This document shows positions 9,698-20,708 of a stretch of 32,000 nucleotides of DNA, piece after piece. The translations under genes were made by a program, and so were the position numbers. The number at the start of each line of letters is the position of its first letter. The stretch's first letter is position 1. The notes beneath the pieces are model-generated. The model made no database searches and was not told where the DNA came from. It saw nothing but the letters and a program-made list of their open reading frames with translations. The DNA comes from Candidatus Saccharimonadota bacterium (GTDB lineage: Bacteria > Patescibacteriota > Gracilibacteria > BD1-5 > UBA2023), in assembly GCA_046350815.1 (NCBI GenBank), contig JAXLZO010000001.1:1020001-1052000 (forward strand), written 5' to 3'.

Positions 9698-11596
9698 CTT
9701 TTTCAGAATCTTCACGAATGTCTCTGATGGGATTGATACCTTTCAGAACATTTTCATTTTCTTCTTTCCTTCTTTCTGTTTTTCGAGAAGTTTTCTCTTA
9801 CGTGATATATCACCACCGTAGAGTTTTGCTGTGACATCTTTACGAAGTGCAGATATATCTTCGCGTGCAATCACCGTATTTCCTAAGGCTGCCTGGATCG
9901 TGATCGCAAACTGAGCCTTTGGTATCTCATCTCGTAGTTTTTTTGTAATACGTGTACCAACGCCTCGAGCCTTGTCACGATGGACAATAGTAGAGAATGC
10001 ATCAACTCGCTCCCCCGCTACCAGAATATCAAGCTTTTCGAGCGTATCAGCTTGGTATCTCAGAAACTCATAGCTCATACTTGCATATCCAGACGTTACT
10101 GATTTGAGGTCATCATAGAAATCACCCACTAATTCAGCCATCGGAATTTCATAATGAATCACCGCACGATTCTGATCGAGAAATTGTTGATTCTTCATCA
10201 TACCTCGATGGTCCTGTGCAAGTTCAATAACATTCCCTATAAATTCCTTTGGTGTTATAAGCTCCACTTTTGCTATTGGCTCTTGAATCTCAATATACAT
10301 TCATGGTGCTGGAAGCTCCTCAGGATTAGAGATCATTACTGCTGTCGCAACCGTACCAGCATATTTGCTCGTTGAAGGAACTTCAATAATTTCTGGAGAA
10401 TGACGTGGATAAAACTGCGCTTTATCACCAGGAACCAGAACTCGAAATGTTACCTGAGGACTCGTCATAATTACATCCATAGCATGTTCACGCCAAAGAC
10501 GTTCCTTTACGATATCAAGATGGAGAAGCCCCAAGAATCCACAACGAAAACCATGACCAAGAGCAGGAGACACTTCCGGCTCAACAACAAGCGATGAATC
10601 GTTGAGCATAAGTTTATCGATAGCATCTTTGAGTTTTGGGTATTCATCCGTCTCAACTGGATATACTCCAGCAAAGATAAAAGGAGAAATGCGTTTGAAC
10701 CCAGCAATTGCTTTTTTATCCTCAGGAGCTCATCGATAAACCGTATCACCTACCTGGGCATCGCGAAGAGTCTTGAGTCCGGTAACAATATAACCAATCT
10801 CTCCTTCTCGAAGAATACCGAGAGGATTATACTTTGGTGAAAAACATCCAACTTCAATAGCTTCAATCTTCGCACCTGTGTTGATCATCTCAAGTTTATC
10901 ACCCTTCTTTATCTCTCCTGAAAAAAGTTTGAGATACGTCACGACTCACTTGTACGTATCATACTGCGAATCAAAGATGAGAGCCTTGACTGTGTCAGAT
11001 GGCGTGAGCTCACGGCCCTGCTGTCCAAGCATAACGATCTCAGAATTTCGATCGAGTTTACGAGGCTCGGGTACAAGCTCAATAACAGCATCAAGGATAG
11101 ATGCAACATTCAGCCCTGTCTTTGCTGATACACAGATAATATCATCTCTTCGACATCAGAGTAAGCTCATGACCTCCTGACTCACTCGATCCACATCAGC
11201 AGATGGAAGGTCAATCTTATTGAGCACGGGAATAATCGTGAGATCATGCTCCATGGCAAGATACACATTCGAGAGAGTTTGTGCCTCTATCCCCTGTGAA
11301 GCATCCACAACAAGAATAGCACCCTCAACCGAAGCAAGCGAACGAGAAACCTCATATTGGAAATCCACATGCCCAGGAGTATCGATGAGATTGAGCTCAT
11401 AATCCTTATAGTTCATACGAACTGGAGTGAGCTTGATCGTAATGCCACGTTCACGTTCAAGATCCATAGAATCAAGTGTCTGTGATTCAATATCACGTTT
11501 TTCAAGTGTTCCAGTGATTTCTAAAAGCCTATCAGCAAGAGTAGATTTTCCATGATCGATATGAGCAATAATACAAAAATTTCGAATGCCTTTCAT
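9695..11596 (-). CDS. lepA: Translation elongation factor 4 (LepA)
   Basis: [52 protein letters not shown] and [23 protein letters not shown] are all present. Five in-frame TGAs (11156, 10946, 10730, 10301, 9743) fall at Gly positions, e.g. DTYK-G-VV. The gene ends in TAA. Confidence 0.95.
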
Positions 11597-11660
11597 GAGA
11601 ATAATAAGAAGATATGTGCAGTATAGAGGAAAAGAGGAAAAAGAGAAGAAATCGATTCCA

Positions 11661-11951
11661 CTAAAAAGAAAAGAGCACACAAAGTGCACCCTTCAAAAGA
11701 GAATATATTCAGAGTCGAGTGAATTTTTCATTCCAACCACGAATATAAAGCAATCCATCACGAAAGTCCTGAGGTAACAAGTAAGTACAGTTACCTTTTG
11801 GGGTTAAAGTGATAGTAAATTCATCGCACTCAGCAAGAGAAGAAATGGAAATTTCTGTTTTCTTGGCCGATTCTAAACCATTAAATTGGTTCAAGAAGTG
11901 TATCAAATCATTCAATCTTAATAATGCCTGGTATTTCATATTATCCTCCAA
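11661..11951 (-). CDS. Hypothetical protein (80 aa to TGA 11709-11711; 96 aa under table 25)
   Basis: Open frame with no recognisable motif. Confidence 0.35.
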
Positions 11952-12007
11952 AATAAAAACAACCAGTTACTCTTATTTTAATGAATAGATATGGATTTGT
12001 CAAAATT

Positions 12008-12631
12008 CTACTTTATACTCGTAAACAACTGGTCTTGGGAGAATCGAAATTTTGGACGAGGCATTTCACCTTGTGCACGATATCCTATAGGAAGAAGGAG
12101 TGTTGGAGTGAGATGTTGAGGAAGCGAGAGAATCTCTGCAACCTGACTTGGATCAAATCCCTCCATTGGACAACTATCGATCTCAAGTTCCGCAAGTGCA
12201 GCATGTGCAAAACCAAGAGCAATATACGTCTGCTTTGCAGCCCAATTGAGTGCTCCACCATTCTCAAGAGTACTATGAATGAATCCATGAAGCATATCTT
12301 CAAATCCTTTGAGTTTTGCTCGAACTTCTGGTGATCCACCACTCATTCCATGAAAATATTCTTCTTGATTGGTTCGAAGATCCGTACGTGCGCAGAGGAC
12401 AATCAAATGAGAAGAGGTACTGATTTGCAATTGACCCCATGCAGCGCCTTGGATACGATCCTTGATATCTTGATTTTCGATCACATAGAAGTGATACGGT
12501 TGAAGTCCAAATGATGTTGGAGTCATACGAATCGCTTCAAGAACTTTGCTGAGATCCTCAGATGATACCTTTTTCGTCGGATCAAAAGATTTTGCAGCGT
12601 AACGCCAGTTAAGATTGGAAAGAAAGGACAT
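12008..12631 (-). CDS. NAD(P)H nitroreductase family protein
   Basis: MSFLSNLNWRYAAKSFDPTKKVS...LQPYHFYVI...SCPMEGFD...LLPIGY is the typical NfsB/nitroreductase pattern. The gene has 207 codons with no TGA and a TAG stop. Confidence 0.8.
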   Translation of the reverse strand: MSFLSNLNWRYAAKSFDPTKKVSSEDLSKVLEAIRMTPTSFGLQPYHFYVIENQDIKDRIQGAAWGQLQISTSSHLIVLCARTDLRTNQEEYFHGMSGGSPEVRAKLKGFEDMLHGFIHSTLENGGALNWAAKQTYIALGFAHAALAELEIDSCPMEGFDPSQVAEILSLPQHLTPTLLLPIGYRAQGEMPRPKFRFSQDQLFTSIK

Positions 12632-12695
12632 AAAAAATGATAAATTAATGAAGCTTGAACAGCTTATCTTATTAGTTGAAAAAAGCAACTGATTT

Positions 12696-12986
12696 TTAAA
12701 GAAAAGAAAAACGAGCATAAAGCTCGTCATTCGGGATAGCAAAATTAAGTCAAATCCTCCTTGATATAAGATAGCGAAATGTTGGATCGTTCTTCCTGTA
12801 GTACCAGGTGAACGGGACAAATTCAATCATGCAAGCAAAAAGAAAGAATGCAACCTTAACACTTTCCACTACCGGTTCACCCGGGAGTAAGTAGAAAAAT
12901 AGACTTTCCAATGCCACCAAAAAAATCAGGTTCCAGGGGGATAATATTTTTTTGAACGCCTCACCCGCAGGCGAAAATCGTGCCAT
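12696..12986 (-). CDS. Small hypothetical membrane protein (78 aa to TGA 12750-12752; 96 aa under table 25)
   Basis: An AGGAGG SD precedes ATG 12986. The protein has two hydrophobic spans. Confidence 0.5.
12698..12727 (-). terminator. Rho-independent terminator
   Basis: On the minus strand: ACGAGC-TTTAT-GCTCGT followed by TTTTTCTTTTCTTT. Confidence 0.7.
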
Positions 12987-13070
12987 ACAGACCTCCTAAT
13001 ATTGTTATTTATCCAGCTTGGATTGGATCAATATACGATATTATTCTATTTGTCAATAAAATCTCGTGAT

Positions 13071-13568
13071 TTAAAAAGGTCATCTCTCATCGATACACGA
13101 GAAAATCATATTTTCTACGAGCTCCTTATTTCCTCTATAACCTTTGAGGAATTCCTCAATACCTACGACCTTTCTTGCAAAAGATTCATGGCTTGATTCA
13201 AATGGAAGTAGCTCGTCAACCATTGCATGATAGCAGAGCATGTAAGTGAGTTCATGGGGACTCGATCAAAAATAATCAGATTCGATAACAAGGGCCAAGG
13301 AAATCTCTTTGATAGTTACACACCCCTCTTCCATTGCTTCACGCTTAGCTGTCTCTATAAAATCCATCTCTCATTCCTGTACATGTCCACCCATAATATC
13401 CCATCAACGATCAAGATGAGCAACAACGATCTCACCATCTTCGGTAAAAGGCACAACTCATACGCTTGTTACCTTATCCGGTGAAAAGATAGTATCTGGT
13501 GGAAGGTATCGAAAATGACAGATTTTCTTTAAATCGCGAACGGGTTGTCTGTCTTTTGTAGGAGTCAT
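13071..13568 (-). CDS. Nudix-family hydrolase (variant Nudix box)
   Basis: The table-25 translation contains GGHVQEGEMDFIETAKREAMEEG. This resembles GX5EX7REUXEEXGU but has one extra residue and no spacer before the last Gly. There are several in-frame TGAs and a TAA stop. Confidence 0.55.
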
Positions 13569-13660
13569 ATTTCTCTGAAGAAGTTATACTTTTCTCACAT
13601 CTTATAGATTTTCTTTGAAAATACATTTTCAATATTCACATCCATCATTTCTAGGCAAGA

Positions 13661-14248
13661 CTATATTTTCTGGAACAAATAACTCACTGACACCATTTTT
13701 CTTCATCTCGTGGATTCTGATGGCTCATGTATTTTTGGTTCGGAAGATGAAAGAATATTCCATTTTTGATACAAATCCTGCATTTCTTGTACGTCCGGAA
13801 AATACCAATCTTTTGATACTGGAGAAACAATAGGATCGCTTTCATTCGTAAAGAACGTAAGAGCATGAAATCAACCTGGTTTTGTATGATTCTGCATCTT
13901 TTGAATAATTCATCTCGCTTTACTGAATTCAAGAAAATGGAGCACTCGCATACAGACGAAAGCATCATATATTTCATTAAAGTTATACTCCACAATATCT
14001 CATTCAAGAGTAATAATTCCAAGACCCTCAAGAAGTGATTGAGTACGAATATTTGTCACTGATAAGTCCTGTGCGTACACTTGATGCCCCAACTTTGCAA
14101 GAGGAATACTATTGCGACCATGACCAGCACCAAGATCAAAAATAGAAGATCCTCTGGGAAGATTTTCTGTGAGCAAAGTAACCACTGGATCCATACCATG
14201 TTTTGGATCGAGTATTTCCTGATCACAAGATGGATAATAAGTGTTCAT
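13661..14248 (-). CDS. Class I SAM-dependent methyltransferase (TehB-like)
   Basis: IFDLGAGHGRNSIPLAKLGHQVYAQDLS matches motif I. Continuing across TGA 14000-14002 gives DIVEYNF..DAFVCMRVLHFL..KPGGFHAL. The gene ends in TAG 13661-13663. Confidence 0.75.
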
Positions 14249-14522
14249 AGAAAGTATTGAGAAAGATGAGAAAAGTATACGACTGAGAAATAGAAATCAA
14301 AGCAAAATGAGGAAGATTCTGATCTTCATCAGAATGACATTTTTTGTGTTTTGACTATTTTGGAAAAATCATTTGAAGAAAATAAATATTTGTAGTAAAA
14401 TCCATGCACCAGCTCAAAACAGAGTTCGGAAATAGAAAGAATTTGTATAAATTTTGCAAATTTTTAAAATCAACTATTTTCCCTATTAAGTCAAATAGCT
14501 TGGTAGGGTTTTGGAGAAGATA

Positions 14523-14867
14523 ATGAAAGCGGTATTTTGCGCAATTGCTATGATGGGACAGATGACATCGATAATTTTCTCAATGATGCTACTTGCTGCT
14601 ATATCGATGCAGTACACATCAAAAGAAAATTTCGAATCATATTTGATGGGGCATGCTATATTTCTATTTGGCATGCTTGCAGTAGGGTATATAAATACAA
14701 AGTTCATGATTCTGATGTACAAAATGAATGTATATGATCGTGAAAATCTCATCTATGAAGGAGAGGTTATACGAGAATTTGTAGAGCGCTCCATCAAAAA
14801 ATGAAACCAAAACCCTTTGAAGACTCAGCACAAAGTGCTGAGTCTTTTCTCTTTCTTACCATACTAA
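14523..14867 (+). CDS. Small hypothetical membrane protein (93 aa to TGA 14802-14804; 114 aa under table 25)
   Basis: GGAG lies 8 nt upstream of ATG 14523. The protein is hydrophobic and has a TGA-free interior. Confidence 0.5.
14820..14857 (+). terminator. Strong rho-independent terminator
   Basis: A 12-bp stem AAGACTCAGCAC-AAA-GTGCTGAGTCTT is followed by TTCTCTTTCTT. Confidence 0.8.
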
Positions 14868-15048
14868 TTTCATTTCAGAATCTTCAAATTTTGCACAAAG
14901 ATAAATTTTTTCATCAGACAATTTCTGTGATATTTTACTTTTCAAAAACCCAATACAATCTTGTTGCAAATCTAGCAGACAGAATATAATGAGATTACTT
15001 CATAACGTATCCTATATGTGAGGAGTAAGCGTAGCGTCATTCGTAGCA

Positions 15049-15282
15049 ATGATATCAGGCAACAATGTCATGGTCGTCCTCTTGTATACCATACTGTTTG
15101 CTATCCTCGTCATATTCATGGAGCTGCGGCTCAATGTCCTCCATAGACGCCATACGGAAAAGATACGACCAATAGCTACTAGTGGTCTTGGAAAACTTGA
15201 CAGACAACTCAAGACTTTCATTCGGATTCTCTTCTTTGTTGTTTACGTGATCTCAGTGCTTCTGATTGTGATTATCATATAA
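15049..15282 (+). CDS. Small hypothetical membrane protein (start uncertain; in-frame ATG also at 15016)
   Basis: 77-aa frame with two hydrophobic spans and a TAA stop. Confidence 0.4.
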   Translation: MISGNNVMVVLLYTILFAILVIFMELRLNVLHRRHTEKIRPIATSGLGKLDRQLKTFIRILFFVVYVISVLLIVIII

Positions 15283-15292
15283 CAAATCGTAT

Positions 15293-15820
15293 ATGAGTGT
15301 CATCATGCATGAGAATTATACGCTCGTTACGCGTCACCCCATCATTCTCCTTCATCATTTTGCCAAATGTATATTTTTGCTCATATTGAGCATTACAATA
15401 CTCGTGGCAATTTTTCATTACAAAGGAAGAATCCCAAATGATTTTATCACATTAGTACTCTTCCCTATCGCTCTTCTACTCATGAATTACGCATTCATGA
15501 AGTTCATATTAGCAATAGTAAGTTACTACAATAAAATCGTAATCATTGCACCAGATAAGATTATCATTATCGATAGCACTCTCCTACTTCAGGAAGATAT
15601 TGAAATCATTGATCTCGCAAAGGTAGTAAAAATTGATGTGGAGTGTCATGGTATTCTCTCGGCGATACTTTGATTCGGGCATTTTGTCATCGAGCAACAA
15701 CGCAACGATGTTCGTACGATGCATTTTATCTCACGACCATACGAGATACTCAATCTTATCAAAGAAAAAACAAATTACATCGATCAAGCAAAGTGAGAGA
15801 TGAAGAGTGAAATATACTAA
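15293..15820 (+). CDS. Membrane protein with bacterial PH (bPH_2/YdbT-like) domain
   Basis: Two N-terminal TM spans are followed by KIIIIDSTLLLQEDIEIIDLAKVVKIDVECHGILSAILGFGHFVIEQQ. The frame continues through TGA 15671-15673 to TAA 15818-15820. Confidence 0.45.
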
Positions 15821-15835
15821 GATATGATGTCAAAA

Positions 15836-15865
15836 AAATACCCGAGCAGAAACTCGGGTATTTTA
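15836..15865. terminator. Bidirectional terminator hairpin between convergent genes
   Basis: ATACCCGAG-CAGAAA-CTCGGGTAT flanked by A-run and T-run. Confidence 0.65.
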
Positions 15866-15878
15866 TGTATAGCTCCTT

Positions 15879-16448
15879 TCATTTTTCCTGAGCACTCTCC
15901 TCCTGATGATCTGATTCATCAGATTGATCAGTAATAGCAAGAACATCTGCTCTGGTGGCAATTACACCTTCCACGACAAATCGACTAAATAACAGTTCGA
16001 TTACCTTGCCCGTAAAGAAGTCACGGCGACGCCAGAAGACAACAGTAACATTACAGAATTCCACCACCAAGAAACGATGTGTCATATGTACATGCACCAT
16101 CGGACCATGTTCATCATCAAAATACAATTCTCTGGGGATCCAGAGATCGTGTTCTTCAATGAAGTCCAAAAATGCATGCCATGTATCCACGGAAACCTTC
16201 TGCTTTTCCCCCTTGCAGGAGAGAAAAAAAGCAAGTCGCGGATCTTCCGAAACTTTCTCCAGTATACATAATGCAAGTGTATACTCGTAATGATACTTGT
16301 AACCACGCCACCCACGAAGAAGCAACGCCCAGAACATCTGTCCAACAGTACATATCATCGCAAAAAGCGACAATACAACTTCTCCGATCGAACGGAGAAA
16401 CATATCAAAAGCTCTTCGCCCTTGACCATTCGCAACACTCGCCATCAT
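15879..16448 (-). CDS. Hypothetical protein with N-terminal TM segment and acidic C-terminus (189 aa)
   Basis: An AGGAG SD precedes ATGATG 16448-16443. There are no TGA codons and I recognise no family. Confidence 0.55.
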   Translation of the reverse strand: MMASVANGQGRRAFDMFLRSIGEVVLSLFAMICTVGQMFWALLLRGWRGYKYHYEYTLALCILEKVSEDPRLAFFLSCKGEKQKVSVDTWHAFLDFIEEHDLWIPRELYFDDEHGPMVHVHMTHRFLVVEFCNVTVVFWRRRDFFTGKVIELLFSRFVVEGVIATRADVLAITDQSDESDHQEESAQEK

Positions 16449-16510
16449 TTTCTCCTCACTATGTAAACTGGGTAGTTGATTGTACGAAATATATATTTTT
16501 GTCAAATGAA

Positions 16511-16533
16511 ACCACCCGCTAACTGCGGGTGGT
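16511..16533 (-). terminator. Hairpin overlapping the stop codon of the 16519-16767 gene
   Basis: ACCACCCGC-TAACT-GCGGGTGGT, with the TAG stop in the loop. Confidence 0.45.
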
Positions 16534-16767
16534 TGCGATGTCCGATATAATCCACGTTTTACCAGCATATCGGTAAAACGTTTTTGTTCCCCGGACAAAT
16601 TCCTCTTCGATCTTCTTCGGATCGACAAAAGATCCTTTCAGATCGACTTTCCAACCCTTTGCCTTTGCTTGTACTTCGGCAATGAGCATACCAGGAGCGA
16701 GAAAGATCGCTCCCAGATAATCTCCAAGATCTTGAAGATGAAATGATGTAACATTACGTTTCGCCAT
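16519..16767 (-). CDS. Hypothetical protein (82 aa)
   Basis: A G-rich SD-like AAGGGGG precedes ATG 16767. The frame is TGA-free with a TAG stop. Confidence 0.45.
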   Translation of the reverse strand: MAKRNVTSFHLQDLGDYLGAIFLAPGMLIAEVQAKAKGWKVDLKGSFVDPKKIEEEFVRGTKTFYRYAGKTWIISDIATTRS

Positions 16768-17008
16768 GATAGCGCCCCCTTAAAACACAGAGCAAAATTG
16801 CCCGTACATGAGGCTAGCATATATTTTCATAAGATGCAAAAAATGAAGCACTTTTTTGAAAAAGAATGCAAAAAGGATTTCTTTCCCATATATGAACTAG
16901 ATTATTACAAATAAATTGAGAAATTCAGCAAGCAGAAAAACTATCACTCTTTTGATTTATCGAGAAAACTATACTAGACTATCAATACTTACACTCTCTT
17001 TCCGAATT

Positions 17009-19738
17009 ATGCCACGATCACTTCTCCTTGCATCCACTGTATCACTTGGTCTCCTCTCTGGATTTATATTCATCCTTGTTGTTATCTTCTCCATATTCGT
17101 CGGTGATATGGGTGGATGACTCATCTGAGCTATCACGACAACGATCGTGATTAATTTCCTTCTCTGGCTCATGAGTCCTTGGTTCTCAGATTGGATGTAT
17201 CGATTTTTCTACAAGAACCAGTGGACAACGCTCGAAGAAATCGCGGTTGAATCTCCAAAAACAGCAGAAATCATCCGAAAAATCTGTGAAGCTGAGAAGA
17301 TCAAACTTCCAAAAATCGGTATTATCCCCGACGATAATCCGAATGCATTCACCTATGGATCTGGACCATGGAATGCTCGCATCATCATTACACACGGAAT
17401 TATTCGATTTCTCTCAGATGAAGAGCGATCATCGGTCGTCGCTCATGAGCTCGGGCATATTGCGAATCGAGATTTTATCATCATGACGATCGCGTCGACT
17501 CTTCTCCAGATTCTCTATGAGATCTATTATTACACAAACAAGCAAAAGAAGTGAAATAGTGATAATAGATCAAAACTTGCAATCGTAGGACTCATTGCTC
17601 TGATTTTCTATTGGCTCGGAAGCTATATTCTGCTCTATCTCTCTCGTGTACGTGAGTACGCGGCTGATGCATTCAGCGCAAAATACACCGATGCAAATCT
17701 CCTCGCAGATGCACTCATCAAGATCGCTATGGGCATCCTCTCGACTCCTGGTGATGCAAGACTGGTTAAATCCACTCGCTATATCGGTGTCGCATGAGAT
17801 GCAGTATCCAAGCAACTTGGACTCGTCTACAAGAACTGTGAAAAATCAGGATCATTCGAACTCCTCGGGCGATCACTCCTCTTTGATCTCAAGAGTCCTT
17901 GGGCATTTCTCGCTGAGCTCTCATCGACTCATCCACTGAGTGGTAAACGTATTGGTGCACTCATGAAACAAACGCTCGCACCAAAATATGATCTCGCAAG
18001 TATAGAAGCGAGACTCCAGATCGACACCAATCGTCTCTACCGATGATTTGCACGAGATCTCACACTCGTCATCATTGCTCGTCTTGCACCATGGATTCTC
18101 GGACTCATCACGCTCATAGCACTCCTTGCACTCCATATCCCGATCGAGTGAGGATTCCTCTTTGTAGTCACTGGATTCCTCGTGGGAATCGTCGTATCGA
18201 TGCTGATCAAACTCTGGATGATGTATCCAGCAAACCAAGATGAACCGACCACCATTCTCGAAGCAATGGGAGATATCTACGCTTCACCCGTACGAGGTCG
18301 CAAGATCTCACTCGAGGGGCAACTCGTCGGACGATGAATCCCTGGATATATCTTCTCGGAAGATATGCTGATGCAGGATAAGACCGGACTCATCTATGTC
18401 GACTACGAAAGTCGATTCGGATGGATCGGCAATCTCTTCTATTCACTTAAAAAAGCAGCAGAAAATATCGGAAAAGATGTACGAACGAGTGGCTGGTTCT
18501 TCCGAGATATGAGCTCTCGGATCGTCGCAGACCGCATCACAGGCGAAGGTATCGACCTCAAAGGCGGAGTACGACTCTGGATGTTGATCGGGATTATGTT
18601 TATGACCGTAGTGAGTGGTGTGGTAGGAGTGATGGCGAATACTATATACACAGATTATACAACAACAGAACAATCTAAGTTCATAGCAACAAATAAAGAG
18701 TCAACCAAAGAGGATCTTATAGCTCATCCAAACTGGAAATTTCGAGATCAATATGATGCTGTGTATGAATTTTCAGATGGAGTTGCAAAAGTAATCAAAG
18801 GAAAAGAGGGATGATTTATTAATGAGAAATGAGAAATTATTATCCCGATTGGAAAATATAAAATTCATCGTGATCAAGCAAAATCAGAAAGAATTGTATG
18901 AGAGAAGTATTGAAATAAATGCATTCTTTTGGATATTAATGGACAGGAGTTGTCCGAATTTGAATGTATATGATATCCTGAGTTTTCAGAAGATTATAAC
19001 AGTGTAATCACAAGTAATGGTCCTATACTAATAGATACTGATGGAAAAACTGTTATTAACAGTTGAATGTATGCTTATATAGGAGACTCTCAAGATGGTT
19101 TGATCCCAGTAATATTACTAGAGGGTTCAAAAAAACTTGGATTTATAAATACTGAATGAAAACTTATAATACCAGATATCTATGATAATACCTTGAGTGG
19201 TGATGAAAAATATTTTCATCAGTCTAAGGCAGTTATAAGTAAAGATGGATTATACGGGCTGATTAATAAAGAAAATGACACTCTTATTCCTTTTGAATAT
19301 CAAAAAATTAATACTTTTTTTGATTGAATTGCTTTTGCAAAAAAAGATGGAATATGTTGAACACTAAGTGAAGATGGTGTATTTACATCATTCGATTTCA
19401 CATGTACATCTATTTGAGAAAGTTATCGTGGTCTATCTGCCATTTTTACAAAATCAGATGATGGTGTTGTTGATAAGACTGGAAAATTCATCATAAAAGG
19501 AACATATAATAGTATTGATTTTCAAAACGAAAAAATCGTGGCAACAAAAGTTGACAGAACAACCTATAAAAATACAACGGATATTTACAATCTTGATGGA
19601 ACTCTCATGTATACAACAAAGTATGATGTACTATCTAATTTTCAAAAAAATTATGGATTTTGGAAAATAGTAAATCCAGATAATTCAAAAAAATATGGCT
19701 ATCTCTATCCAGACTGATATGTAAAATGGATTAAATAA
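17009..19738 (+). CDS. M48 (HtpX-like) zinc metalloprotease fused to additional TM segments and a C-terminal WG/KWG-repeat domain (909 aa)
   Basis: One table-25 frame runs from ATG 17009 to TAA 19736-19738. HELGH lies at 17444-17458 and REYAADAFSA lies downstream. The C-terminal repeats are of the type DGLIPV..KKLGFINTEGKLIIP.. / KDGLYGLINKENDTLIPFEY. Confidence 0.75.
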
Positions 19739-19750
19739 CTTTTCCAAGCA

Positions 19751-19787
19751 AATAACCCTAGCTCATATGAGCTAGGGTTATTATTTT
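19751..19787. terminator. Bidirectional terminator hairpin between convergent genes
   Basis: A 15-bp stem AATAACCCTAGCTCA-TAT-GAGCTAGGGTTATT followed by a T-run. Confidence 0.75.
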
Positions 19788-20648
19788 CTACCATATCTTC
19801 CTCCTCACATGACAATATGGCGTTTTGCCTGTGCGAGGATAATAATTCTGATGATAAGACTCCCCTATCCAGAATCTCTCAAGATCTCGTATTGTTGTCG
19901 CCACTCTGTATCCACGAGATGAGAGATCAGTGATAAGACTCTCGGCAATCGTTCGTTGTTCGCTATTTGTGACAAATATCACTGAGAGATATTGTTTTCC
20001 AATATCTGGACCCTGTCCATCTTCTTGAGTAAAATCATGAATCTCAAAGAATACTTTTGCAAGCGTTTCATAGTCGGTAATGGCAGTATCGTACCACACT
20101 TCCACCGCTTCTATATGACCAGTATTTCCACTACATACTTCACTATACTTGGGGTACTCCGTCTTGCCACCTGTATAGCCGATCGATGTCGAGAGCACTC
20201 ACTCGATCTGAGCAAGATAGTACTGCACTCACCAGAAACATCCAGCCGCGAAGACAGCATGACCAATATTCTCCATATCAGCATACGGTCGGAATCGAAG
20301 TGAGAGTGAATTCGCACAATGACGAGTATCACGGGGAGTAAATTGCTCACCATGAAATACATGTCCAATATGACCTCCACAACGCTCACATGTTATCTCG
20401 GTACGACGACCATCACTATCGAGAGTCTCTCGTACATTTCCGGGGATTCACTCTTCAAAGGATGGCCAGCCACATCCAGAATCAAACTTCGCATCACTCG
20501 TAAAAAGTGGTAGATCACACTGACGACAGACAAATACTCACGCACGTTTTTCCGAGAGATATTCCCCTGTTCCAGGATATTCTGTACCTTTATCAATAAT
20601 AATATCTTTTTCCTCAGGAGTAAGAGGATTGAGTTTGAAAGATGACAC
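19788..20648 (-). CDS. msrAB: Bifunctional peptide methionine sulfoxide reductase, MsrB-MsrA order (GTG start inferred)
   Basis: The MsrB part has CRQC..GCGWPSF..CERCGGHIGHVF..RHCANS. The MsrA part has FAAGCFW-G-VQ (Gly = TGA 20229-20231) and GYTGG..GHIEAV. No in-frame ATG lies between the upstream TAA and GTG 20648. Confidence 0.85.
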
Positions 20649-20708
20649 AGAAGAATAGAAGAAATACTTGAACCAATAGCTATTATACGGACAGAGATGA
20701 AAAATGAA

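Noticed and set aside
15955-16522. Cluster of overlapping standard-code ORFs on both strands (15955-16290, 16077-16271, 16082-16345, 16156-16353, 16172-16522)
   Set aside because: All are nested within or antisense to the SD-led 189-codon gene at 15879-16448. They have no independent start signals or motifs.
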